Source: Hydrolagus affinis (Eukaryota). From it: a stretch of 64,000 nt of DNA. Location of the stretch: positions 1 through 64,000 of the forward strand of contig JAAILG010000090.1 in the NCBI GenBank assembly GCA_012026655.1. The letters run 5' to 3'. Below, piece by piece: positions 51,975 to 64,000 of this stretch (its first letter is position 1; every line of letters starts with the position of its first letter). Below the pieces are notes generated by a model that had not been told where the DNA came from, did no database searches, and saw only the letters and a program-made list of their open reading frames with translations. Position numbers and translations under genes: made by a program.

Positions 51975-52385
51975 GTAAGAGTTGTCAATCCTGGGTACTG
52001 GATTTTGTCATTGAACAAGCCCAGGTCACAACAACTTGCACAATAGCATATACAGAATAAAGATCCTTTTATGCTGTTCCAACAATTTGCCGTAGACTGA
52101 ACTTCAATAGCGAATTGTATCATATATATGCGTTTCCATTTCTCACACCAGTTATCCTAATGGCCTCTTAATGAGGCATTTTATAGGTTTGTGCTGAACT
52201 GTTATTCTTGATGATCCCGCATTCACATAGAAATAATCCAAGATTGTCCAAACTCATTTCCTTACAGCCTTAAGAATCCTTACAGCCATGAAGGGAGGAA
52301 AATCTTATCACATTAGATTGAACTGGATTCAAAGTCAGGATCTTGAGATAAAAGGACAGTGTGCTAGTCTATATTATTATCTGGC
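51975..52385 (-). mobile_element. LF-SINE-like element
   Basis: Minus strand ccttttatctcaagatcctgactttgaatccag..atggctgt..gaaatgagtttgg..ctcattaagaggccattaggat collinear with recalled LF-SINE consensus blocks. Confidence 0.6.
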
Positions 52386-53992
52386 CTGCTGCACAGAGCA
52401 GCCTTTATACCCTAGGAGGCAAATGTGAAGGGCACTTAACACTGTATATGCTGGTCATAAGATTTGTGTATTGGGTAGCATAACATCTATAAGAGCACAT
52501 AAAATTGACCGTTTGTGAAAGCTTGGAAAAATCAGATTCAGCAGTTACCAATTAGATTTCCCTTTGTCTAATGTAGGTTCCAATCATTCAAGAGTTGGTT
52601 GACTGCCTTCGTACACTTCATCTTACCTCAGATCAAGCAGGTAGTTTGTACAGGTATGTACAGGTACAAACTACCAACTTGATTCAGACCCATGTGAAGC
52701 TTACCACCATAACCACAGGGTGGCATGAATTGAGGAAATTAACTGGTGTAATTGTTTTTAGTCCCCCAAATGATAAGAGCATTGAAAGGTATTCTGGTTG
52801 TGGAACACTTCAAAGAGATCCCAAAATAGAGTGGCCAGAGTGGGGGTTGGGCTAGGTCATTGAGAGCATTAGGGAACCTGCTTCTCAGAGTGTTCTTTTT
52901 ATTGACACCGTTGCATATGGTACCATATGTAGCATGTTTCCTAAGATTCAGGAGCAGTGATCTTTAGATCCAACAAAACATTGATATTTCAACTCGTCTC
53001 CCAAAGGCAGAACCACACATTGATTGTTGTCCCACATGAACTCCATGAGACAACTGCAATTTAACCTCGAAGCACAATGGTGAGACTCAACTTAAAAAGA
53101 GGTATGTTACTGCTGGGAATTTTCATTCAGAAAAGAAGTCTGTTAGCAGTGTGGTTGCTGCCAATGCTTTATTCTCCAGAAAAATTACTCACCTTGGAGA
53201 GGAATCCAGTTCACTTAATATATTGTAACTGATTACATGTGTCAATTATAGCACTTTGAGTGAAATTCATAATGAAAGGAGACTTGTATGATTTCACCAT
53301 AAGCAAATTCAGGAGGTATATATGATCAGTGCATTATTAAGAGAGACACATAGCATACACAGGCCAACACTTTTAGGATAAAGAGTACAATCAATCTATT
53401 CAATCTATACAAACTCTATTGTTAAATCTTAAATGGTGAGGTGGTCTCATCAATTTTCGAAAGTTGATTGTTTTGAAGTTTATCACAAGCAATTGCTTCT
53501 AGCTGTTTTATTTGAGAATGCAGAGCCTCTTTGTCTGCAATTACTTAAATGGCTTGATATTTCTTTGTACAGAATTGGTCTCTTTGTTTTTCTGAACCCC
53601 AATTACAGGGATGAGAGAGCACATTGATGCTCATTCCTCGTCCCAAAGTGATTGTAGATTTAAGCTGCATCCTATTACTTTACCAATCTCTAAGAAAGGA
53701 AAATTCTCAGCACTTTATTCCAATTCGCATACCTTTTTTAGGTTACAAGAAATCTCATTTCAGGTCATCCACATTTAAGAATTGAAGAATTTCTTTTGTG
53801 TTGTTAAATGTGTGGTTAAAATCATTTACCACTCCCTTGCATCCAATATCTCCTTACAAAAGAGCAAAATCCAATTATTTGCTCCCTGTAAAGCTGTTTA
53901 CACAACCCATTGGTTGCTTATCCTATCAACCCAGCCAGTATCCTTAACTTTGAGATGGGTTTGATTTGTAATAGCTCATGTTCCACCCATTG

Positions 53993-54315
53993 AAATAGAT
54001 ACCTTTTGATATAGTGCTTTATCACATCTTCAGACATCTCAAAGGACTTCACAGGAATTTTATTGTAATTTTTAAGCAAATGTAGCAGCCGATTTGTGCC
54101 CAGAAGTGTGTTTTCAAATCATGTCATGTAATCTTTAAATCCACCTGAATAGACAGACAGTGCCTTGGGTTAACTTTTCTTCTGAAGGACAGCGCCTCCA
54201 ACAATGCAGCATTGTGTTGGAATAGTGACCTAGACTATGAACTCAGAATCCCAACATAGGATCTGAATAATCAACTTTCTGATTTAGAGGTGAAAGTTCT
54301 ACCATCCGAGTCTGG
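53993..54315 (-). mobile_element. Near full-length older Deu-domain SINE
   Basis: Tail tttgatatagtgcttt..catctcaaagga-cttcacag, body ctttaaatccacctga..gaaggacagcgcctccaacaatgcagca, head actttctgatttagaggtgaaag. Confidence 0.8.
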
Positions 54316-56023
54316 CTGACAAAAGAATGCAGTTTTACACAAAATATATTTGTTTGTGTGGGGGGGTGGCGGGGGCTGACGAGCTGGCTACTTTTATTCC
54401 TACAATATTGTATGTTGTCCATTGAATCTTTCAGGTGAATGTTGGACTGTAGCAAGTAAAGGAGTTTGTCAGATTCTCAATTTCATTATGAAATGTATTC
54501 TTTACAAAGTCTGCAGTTTGGATTCGTTTTTAATTTATGATGGTCTTTTCTATCAATATTTTTCTATTACATTTCAAACTTTTTAAGTACCCAAACTTGA
54601 TGATCCATTATCAATGATTGGTTGTATATTTTCATCAAGGGTGAAAATAATATCAAATTATATAGTACGCAGTGGATTATTTTGTATTTGAAAATCCCAC
54701 CCTGTTACACAATGGCAGCTGGTGACCTTTTTGACAGGAGAGGCAATCTGAGTTTGCCTAACCAAGCTATCTTGTAAAGGGCAATGAGCCTATTTTACAC
54801 ACATAATGTATTGGCCTGTCTCCTGCTGGCCTTGCTTCAACTACTGCTTTGCTCCCATGCCAGTCCTGTCTTGTCTCGCTGCTGCACTCCCCCAAATTCT
54901 AGGTGAAGCAGTGCCTCACCTTATGAACCAGCTCTGCTGATGCATGATGCCGTGCATGATGCCGTGTAATACTACTTTTGATTACAATAGAAATTTATCA
55001 ATGGGCAATATTTGTTGAACCACAGTTCATAAGAGATGGGCAGATTCTTGTTAGAATTTATCTAATTCTGAATTTTGGAAATTCACATTGGATGTGATTC
55101 AAATCAGGAAATTGCAAGCATAAATAAACTGCCCAGTCAACAATATCTAACCTACTGACAACATTTTTAGCATGTTATGTTTGAAGAGTTTTAATTAGTG
55201 TGATATTTACGTAGAAATCTTCAGTTATGGTTGATATTGACATTGTTGTTGGAAATAATGTGTCCTTAGCTTTTACCACATATGCCCAATCAAGCTGACT
55301 GACTGATTGATTGATTTAAAAATGAGTTGTAAATCTACATTTGCACTGATATCTGATTTTTTTTAACAAAAAGAGAGAGACAGATAACATAAAACAGATC
55401 AGGGTGGGGTTCAAAATTTCATTTCAATGAAATTCATTTTATAGAAAATATAGTTCTTCCAGCCAAAAGGGAATGATTGTTATTTTGTTATCTTTGTTTA
55501 CTTCAGAATAGCTCTGTCATCTAATAATAAAGTATAGGTGAAGGTGCCCAGGAACATGCAACTCAATTTTATTTTCTCTTTTGCTGACATAAAGACACAT
55601 TTAATGCATTTTTGTGAAATTTGGATTATAGTACTTCATACTTTAGTGCATTGAGAATGCTTTTTAAGATCAACAATTGATACCACTGATAGAAAATAAC
55701 AGTTAAGCAGCTTTTCCAATTACCGAATTTTCTCTGTCCTGGTTTCAAAGCAATTCCTCTTGTATAAAATTGGAGAGCAAAAAAAAATCAACCTAATTTT
55801 AAATTAACCATTAAAATATACAAGACTTTCAACAAGTAAAAGCGAATGTGTTGATTGTCTGTATGAATGTGGGCATTTTGTTGAAGTGGCTGCATTTGAA
55901 CCTGCTGGTAATAACTGCCTCCTTGAAAACTATGAACTTGGAAAAAAAAACAGCTTGTGTCAAATTCAAATTAGATTTTGAGACTGCAAATTTATTCTGG
56001 GTTCTTTTGCTTTTGATTCATTT

Positions 56024-56043
56024 TCTCTCTCTCTCTCTCTCTC
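56024..56043. repeat. (TC)10 microsatellite in exon 10 polypyrimidine tract
   Basis: Direct reading, ends 17 bp before exon start. Confidence 0.95.
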
Positions 56044-56060
56044 GCTGATTTATTCAACAG

Positions 56061-56176
56061 AAAACTGGAGTTACAAATACTGTTGACCCACTTGCTCGGT
56101 ATCCATCTGTGATTGAATTTGGAAAGTATGAAATCCACACTTGGTATTCTTCACCATATCCACAAGAATATGCAAG
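56061..56176 (+). CDS. KAT6B: KAT6B coding exon 10 equivalent, start of MYST domain
   Basis: ttcaacAG acceptor, GTatca donor, 116 bp, phase 0-2; [38 protein letters not shown](R). Confidence 0.97.
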
Positions 56177-57244
56177 GTATCACTTCATAAATTGTATTTT
56201 TTTTTCATTCTGATCTAGCGTTTCTGTTTTTTGTCTTGAATGTAGTTAGCTGCATTGAGCACAACTTGCACTTGATTAAACAAATTGGTTTATATGCCTT
56301 TCAAATATATTACTATATCCAGATTTTTTTTTAAAAGAAAAGCTTGATGCTGTAATAGGAAGAGAGTAGGATGGGTGTTCGTGAACGATAAGATGAAATT
56401 GGTCAAATTACCTTTTTCATCCAAATCTCTCTTGATCGTGTGATTGACCATTTCAAGTCATATGAGTCTTTAACTGATTTTATGTAATTCAATCGACTTT
56501 CCTCTTTGTGCCTCTTGAGTTTGATTCCAACATTAATTAAAGTGCTGTATCTCTTTTATTTGAAGGCTGCCTTGATCCTAACTGATTGGTCTCATACCAA
56601 CAGCATTATGTGGTCTAATTTGTGATATTTCTTGATAAATGTGTAATTATCAAATCTTTAAAAAGATTCAATATGAAGATTTCATTATTGAATTTCTTAT
56701 ACCATTTTTTTAAAACAAAACTCCCAACTATACCTGACTGTTTTTCATTTAAAAATACATTTACTTCCTAATACATTTGTTGGAAAGCAAGTTCCATGAT
56801 CAGAATTCTCCAAAGCACAGAAAGTACAGTACTGTAGTATCAAATATGGGTAGCAATTAAATTTATAATCACTACACTTTACAGTAAATTCTATGTGAAG
56901 CCCAACATCAAAGGAATGATATCAAATGCAATGATTATTAATCTTATTATTTTGTGTGTCTCATAAAAATACAGATATGCTTCTTGGATCGTCCTCCACA
57001 GTGATTGGAGGAAATACATTGTTATTGTGCTTTAGTGGTCAAAAGAAGTTGCTATTCCATTCAATGTGTTATTTATAGCATGTGAGCTGTATGCCACGTT
57101 GAAACCATGCTGGGTTTTGAATAGTCTAAAACTTGCAGCTTAGCCTGAGGATTGATGTATGGAAAACCTCTAAGAAATAGAGCTACCGAGATGATTATAT
57201 TTTCTCTTATTGCACATCCACTGACAAGATAAGGATGGATTTAA

Positions 57245-57541
<297 letters not shown>

Positions 57542-58074
57542 TAATATGTAATTTGCGTGTTCTAAATAGTTGCACGGCTAGATTTGAGAGACTTTTGCTT
57601 CTCTACAGTTAATGTTTGTACAAACATTATTTTTGTAACTTAAGATAATTATTAATTTTCATCAATTCTGCAACAGATTCACTTTGTACCTTTTGGGAAA
57701 GCAGATTATTTTCTTTCTATTCATGGAGAACTTCTGTAGAAACAAATTTTGCTTTAAAGCTTCCAATTATATAAATCATAACAAGTTTAAGTAGATTTAA
57801 TGACAGCAAATTGGATAATCCTTGATTTGCAGAAATGTTTTTGTCTGTTAATGCAATAGTAGGTACTCAATTTAAACAGTTGTCATGCCATCTTCAGTGA
57901 GGCTTGCAGATTGATGTGCTGCTTCTTTTTAAAGGTTGTCATTGAGACTTTGTATTGTAATTTTCCATGAAATTGAATCGGTCTAGTTTCCCTTCAGATG
58001 ATTGTATTTGTATCCAAGATATTTTTCTTTAAAATTTGGATGTTTTGTGGTGCAATTTTAATATCACATCCAGT

Positions 58075-58460
58075 CATTTTCTGCTAGTTCTCATTTTTTT
58101 TGCTGGGTTCCAGGGATGCCACGATTCCTCCAGTACCCAAGTGGCTATTCTTCATTTGTGAGCTGGCAGTTGTGGGGGGTGGGAGGTGTCAGTGGGTTCT
58201 ACATGAATAGCTCTTAAAAGTCATCACTGCCATGTTCTTACCCACCAACTACAGAAGCACACTATTCTAGGTGACCCATGATTGTTGTGGGTTTTATGGG
58301 TGATTTTTCCACTCTCTCCAGCCTAAATCCTAAATTGTTAAATCCAATGATATTGCTCGAGGTCAAATCAACTTACCAAATACAAATAAAGAAATCAAAC
58401 CCAATATTTATTAGGTTTAATGCTACACCAATTTAACCCTTTACTTACTGTGCCATCTAT
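58075..58460 (-). repeat. Old SINE-like repeat (family of 8760 and 14755)
   Basis: ccagtacccaagtggctattcttcatttgtgagc core. Confidence 0.55.
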
Positions 58461-58498
58461 GAACTATAGCATATATTCAGAAAAATTATACATTGTGA

Positions 58499-58786
<288 letters not shown>

Positions 58787-60514
58787 TGATCTACTTAATT
58801 TATAATTTTGTGCTTTGAGCCTCTATTATGCATGAACAGAAAGTGTCATGCAACTTCTATATATTGATGTGTACTTCCGTAGCAGAACTTTTTTTGTAAC
58901 TTGAGGGTTATCATGTATCCATGCTTAGTATTTTGCATTAAGATTAGAAATGTACAACATGTTGAATATGTACTGAACCAATTTACATGTATCATTACTT
59001 TTCACAATGAATGGAAATAATTTAATTTAGAGCAATTTAATTTTTTTTAGCTCTATTCACTTGAAAACGATAGCACTAAATGTTCTGTTAGGAAATGGTT
59101 TATCTATTTGATTTTTTTTCAGCTGCCTCTTTTTGCTTAACTATGCAATGTGATTAGATTTCTTTCCATTTTACTTGTTAAAAATCATCCACTTGGTATA
59201 GTCAACCCATTTTTTATATTCTGCAGTGTAGGACTTAAAAGTATGCCATTTGGCCCATTTTACATCTAATTATGAGTAGTCCTAGAGGAAGATGGATGAT
59301 TTACTATGCTTCTTAGCCAATTCATAATGGATGGATGAATTCACTCAGCCACAGAACCATCCATTTATTTATGTCAGAGCAACTGCTTTGAGTCAGAAGT
59401 ACAGCTTTCAGAATCAAATGGCAGTATCGTAAAGTGAGCGTGCATTTATATTCAGGTTTTAGCAAACAGAGTCCCTTTTTGCTCTTTGTTTCACCTAGTG
59501 CTGAAATGATCCTGATGCAATCTTTATTTCATAACTACATCCAATTTGTTCAAAAACGTTTCAGCTTGAAATTGCAAGCACATATTCTTACCTGAACCTT
59601 TCAATTGTAGCATATATTGTAGCCCAGTTGTAAAAAGTATTCCGATTATCTATCTGAAATGTCACTTATGAATACATTGCTATATGAATAGACACAAGAG
59701 TTCATTCTTTAAGACCTAATTTTATGTAGCATTATGTAGATAATAAAGAATACAATTGATCTTGGTAAACCTAACTATAATATCTTTGGTGTACCTAGGT
59801 AATGTACACACTCTCACTGAATTCAGATTTTACGTCTTCATTTTTTTGTGGAGATAGCAGTTCAACCCTTCTTAAGCACACAAAGCACCATCCATTTATT
59901 TGTGTCAGAGCATCAGACATAGCAACTTCTGTACATAACCTGATGACTTTCCAGACATCTGTACTTGTGATAATTATATTTTTGTGTTCTTAAATCACTA
60001 TTATATATAAAACCCATTGTGAGTAATCTCTTTCTTATCCTCTGAAGTGTAATTGTTGCTTGCTCACAATGTCAGAGTGTACTTAGTATCAGAAGATGAT
60101 TAAAACATTTGCCCTAGATAGTGCTGGAAGGGAATGTGCTGCACTCACTCACATATTGATAGGTATAGGATCAGCAGCTGCATAACATTATTTGTACCAG
60201 TTTATGTAAAACACCATTATTTACATGGTTTGTGAGAGTGTTGTTTTTTAAACTGATTTTGATTAACATTGTCGGTATTTACACCATTATATCACTTTTG
60301 TTACATTTACATTTTACATTTACATGTTACATATTCAGTTGAATATCAAACCTAGAAGGAGAAACAAATTAACTCTACTTGCTGGCTTCCCTGCTGTACA
60401 GTATAAACTGAGGGTGTTGCCTAAGTGAGGTTCATTTCATTTCAACGTTAGTTTATTTAAATGTGACTTGTGCAGGATTGATACATGATGAACATTAACC
60501 CTTTGTTTGTTGGT

Positions 60515-61010
60515 TGTACAGTCATTTCATTGTTTGTGGGATACTGCTGTGTGCAATTGGCTGCTGTATTTCGCCCACAAAAACACATAGTCAATTCACC
60601 TTACAGTATATTCTGAGAAGCGCTTTGAGACGTCTAGAACAGTGGTTCTCATTCTTTTTCAGTAAGGTACCCTTTGTTAATTTTCAATATTATCGTGTAC
60701 CCCCACCCAACCACATACACAGACACACACCACCCACCCCACTCATTTCACTAGCATTTTATGACCAAGCTTTTCTTATATAACAAAATAACTAGCACAT
60801 ACAAAACGAGGGGAATAACAATTAAATATACAATTTGGAAGGGTATAAAATGCTAAATAAGAGAGCTAAATAAATCAGTGTACCTCCACCTGTTCTCCCT
60901 GGAAGTAATTTTGTACCCCCTGGGGTACATTTACCCCTGGTTGAGAACCACTGGTCTAGAAGACGTGAAAAGCGCTATATCAAATGCAGGGATTATTATC
61001 ATTATTTTTA
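60515..61010 (+). mobile_element. Deu-domain SINE 3' part split by hAT MITE
   Basis: tcattgtttgtgggatactgctgtgtgcaattggctgc..gaagcgctttgagacgtctagaa | gacgtgaaaagcgctatatcaaatgcagggattattat. Confidence 0.9.
60640..60953. mobile_element. hAT-Charlie-type MITE
   Basis: TIRs CAGTGGTTCTCA / TGAGAACCACTG; perfect 8-bp target duplication GTCTAGAA at 60632-60639 and 60954-60961 fitting the Charlie NTCTAGAN preference. Confidence 0.95.
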
Positions 61011-61119
61011 TTTGGAGCAGGGATTCTTCTCACTCATCTATTAATCCTGCAAACCAAAGCCCCAACGGGTAAGATAGTCTCGTAGCAAGACAAACTGAGG
61101 GAAGATGATATTCTCAATG

Positions 61120-61345
61120 GCAAGTTTTGCAGTTTTAGCTGGTTAAACTCCAGCAGTAGCCCAAAGCACATTCTGAGGTACCCAAGCAAGAGAATTAGGT
61201 AAGCAGGGTTCATTTCTGTAGAAAGAATGTGTGCATTCCGTTCCAGACATGGACATTTCCATGTGTAGGTAACAGACATATGTGGAACTCAGTCTGGTTT
61301 GGATAATCTTAAGCATGGTGTTGGGCTTCTGTAGGTGCCAAATCT
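61120..61345 (+). repeat. Unclassified repeat, copy 4 of 4
   Basis: gcagttttagctggttaaactccagcagtagccc..gtgcattccgttccagac..tttccatgtgtag..tctggtttggataatcttaagcatggtg. Confidence 0.75.
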
Positions 61346-63199
61346 CTAGGAGACCAAGAAAAATTGTTGGTTTTAACCAATGTGGATATGTTTACCATAT
61401 GAACCAGCTGTGAAAGCCATTATCAACCAGAAGAAAACACATTCTACTTACCCCTTCTATTGGATTCCCATTCAGTCATCTTCATTGGGTTACCCCCCAC
61501 ACCCAACCCTGGAGTGTTGGTATCTGTTATAATTGCACTATACACAAATTGAGACCTAGTAAAAAAAACATATTTGCTTTTGGCCAGTGCTTTTAAATAA
61601 TTTTGTATAAGTTCATGTCACACGTTATACTTGTAAGATTCTATGTAATGATGCTAAGTCGTGAACCAACCTCAGAGTGCGCTTTCTAGCAACCAGTGAT
61701 CATCACTAATACTTTCCAATATGCAATATCTCCTAAATAAGATGAAATATCAAAAGGCTTTATAGCTGAGGAAATTATTTTGATCTCCTTAATAATTGAG
61801 CATTAGTAGCTCTAGTATTCTTTATTCCACGAAATTTGGCAGCCAAAATCCTTTTTCAGCTGTACAAAATTGCATCAGTCTCACATGAGTTAAAACTTCA
61901 AATGCCATAAGGAAGAAACAAATATTTCATAAAATTAGATTGTCATTTTTACAGCACACAATTTATTAAATCAAGTTGAATCAATCCCCTCTCTTGGCAC
62001 TTCCATCAGTTTTGGCCAGAGATCTGAAAATCCATGTAAACATTGCATAAATTGTAAAGAATCTTAAATTCAGTTTTAATCTGGAAGCTAGCCCGATCTG
62101 AATGGTCCAAATGAAGATTGAGTTTACAACATTTTGATAATCTGTGCTATCTTAAGTGTTAAGGCATGAATGCCACATACTATGTGACAATGTTTCTGTG
62201 GTTCCACACTTTTAAAAAAATCAGTACATGTCTATTTTTCCACCAAATACAGACTAATTAAGTGATGTATGTAAACTTTACTCTGAAGTATTCCTTTACA
62301 AATCATTGTTGATCATTACAAAGTAAAAAGTGTTGGACACTTTGCTGGTTACCTTGCTTAATCGCCTGTTGTCATGGTCCTTCAAATCTATTTATTTTTA
62401 AATAAAAAGATTTTGCTAAGTTAGGTCACATTGCCATGCAGTTAGCCACTGCGGTGGCTTGCCTGGAGGAGTGTTAGAGGGACAAAGATCCTTAGAGACA
62501 TTCTCATTGATAGTTGGGTTTTAAATTTGATGAATGAAAAACGCTACATCTAAAGGTAAGTAATCTGTCCTTTCACTGAATGGTATAAGTGTAATGGAAA
62601 GTCTGACGATTTTACATGATATTTATTGCTGGTAGCGACCAAATAAATTAAAGTTCAATTAATGCAGCAACCTACTCCTATTAATTTCCTTGCTGTGCAT
62701 TGAGCACATATAAGCTTTTCCATTGTGCTAAGTTATACTACTTACTACATTTGTATTTTAGAATTGTTTTTTCATGGATAATACAATATTTACAGGTGAA
62801 TCCTTTTTGTTTACAATCTTAAATGAATCCAGTTGATAGCTGGATGTTATAATTTCATATTCTGTTTGGTATAAAAGCTAACCCCATTGCGCACATTTAA
62901 ATGTGTTAAACTACATGCGAATCTTTCACCCGAGGCTGGTGCACACTACTCATTTCTCAGGAAACAGTGTTTCCGTTATTATATTGAAAAATTACAACCC
63001 CAAAATATGGTCTGGATAAAGCCTTGCACAATAACAATTTATCAAAGAGTCGAGATGGCAAGTTGGGTTTTATTGAGAACGATAGCAAAGGTTTGTCATA
63101 TATCATTGTTATTAACCATTGGTGTTTGCCTAGATTAGTGTGACATTTTACAAGGACAGTGGTAGGTGATGTATGCTGTCTGCATCAGCAGCGCACTGA

Positions 63200-63481
<282 letters not shown>

Positions 63482-63804
63482 TAAAATTTGGAGTGAGTAC
63501 ATTTTCTTCAAAGTATTTTCTCGTTGTAGAGGAAAGAAAAAAATCACTAGAAAATAATTTATTGCTTCTAATGTAGATTCCTCCCTATAATACAATGGGT
63601 AGGAATCATGTCCTGCTGTACTAGGCAGTTTGAGTAACTTCTGTGACTTTAGGGAGGGAGAGAGACATCCATGTTTCAGAGTTTAACATGAACTGCCTGA
63701 ACCTGGGAAGCAGGACAAAGTGTGTCTGAGGTATTTTACTTAAGCAAGAATTTCTCACCCTTAATGATGACGAATGTAATGATGATTTTTGATTTTCTGT
63801 ATCT

Positions 63805-64000
63805 TGGGAGCGATCTGCATAGAGGTCGGAAGGTTGGAGGAGCTGGCGGGAGACGTGGAACAGATTGAAGGCCTTAATGACCCAATCCGTTGGGAGGAGG
63901 TGGACTCCGCACTGGCTTGCTAATAGCAAGGCAGCAGGTGTGGACAGCATTATTGCTGAGTTCCTAAAAGCTGTGAGGGGACGGATTGATGACGGTGAGG
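63805..64000 (+). mobile_element. Non-LTR retrotransposon RT N-terminal fragment (runs off window end)
   Basis: GC-rich block reading GLNDPIRWEEVDSALA / NSKAAGVDSIIAEFLK with a frameshift, the EVxxAL..KAxGxDxIxxExLK motif of LINE RTs; clade not assignable. Confidence 0.8.

Overview
Vertebrate genomic DNA, AT-rich. The repeat content (L2-tailed Deu-domain SINEs, CR1 with TTCTTATG tails, Penelope-type palindrome) suggests a cartilaginous fish, but the species cannot be fixed from sequence alone. The whole window lies inside one + strand gene, the MYST histone acetyltransferase KAT6B (MORF/MYST4). Ten consecutive GT-AG coding exons (equivalent to human exons 4-13) encode the double PHD finger, the long low-complexity exon 8 insert and most of the MYST HAT domain; start and stop codons lie outside the window. 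The introns hold L2 and CR1 fragments, SINEs, an internally deleted Tigger transposon with intact TIRs and TA target duplication, Tigger and hAT MITEs, and two highly decayed DIRS-like fragments. The most interesting signal is around exon 8: a duplicated KGL(I/F)DGL peptide motif whose copy number (0, 1 or 2) could be set by nested in-frame donors, followed by clustered AATAAA and GCATG sites and a NAGNAG acceptor, and preceded by a 54-bp inverted pair. I found no convincing wholly new system; these are testable hypotheses. Comparisons to human exon sizes and repeat consensuses are from memory, not from searches.
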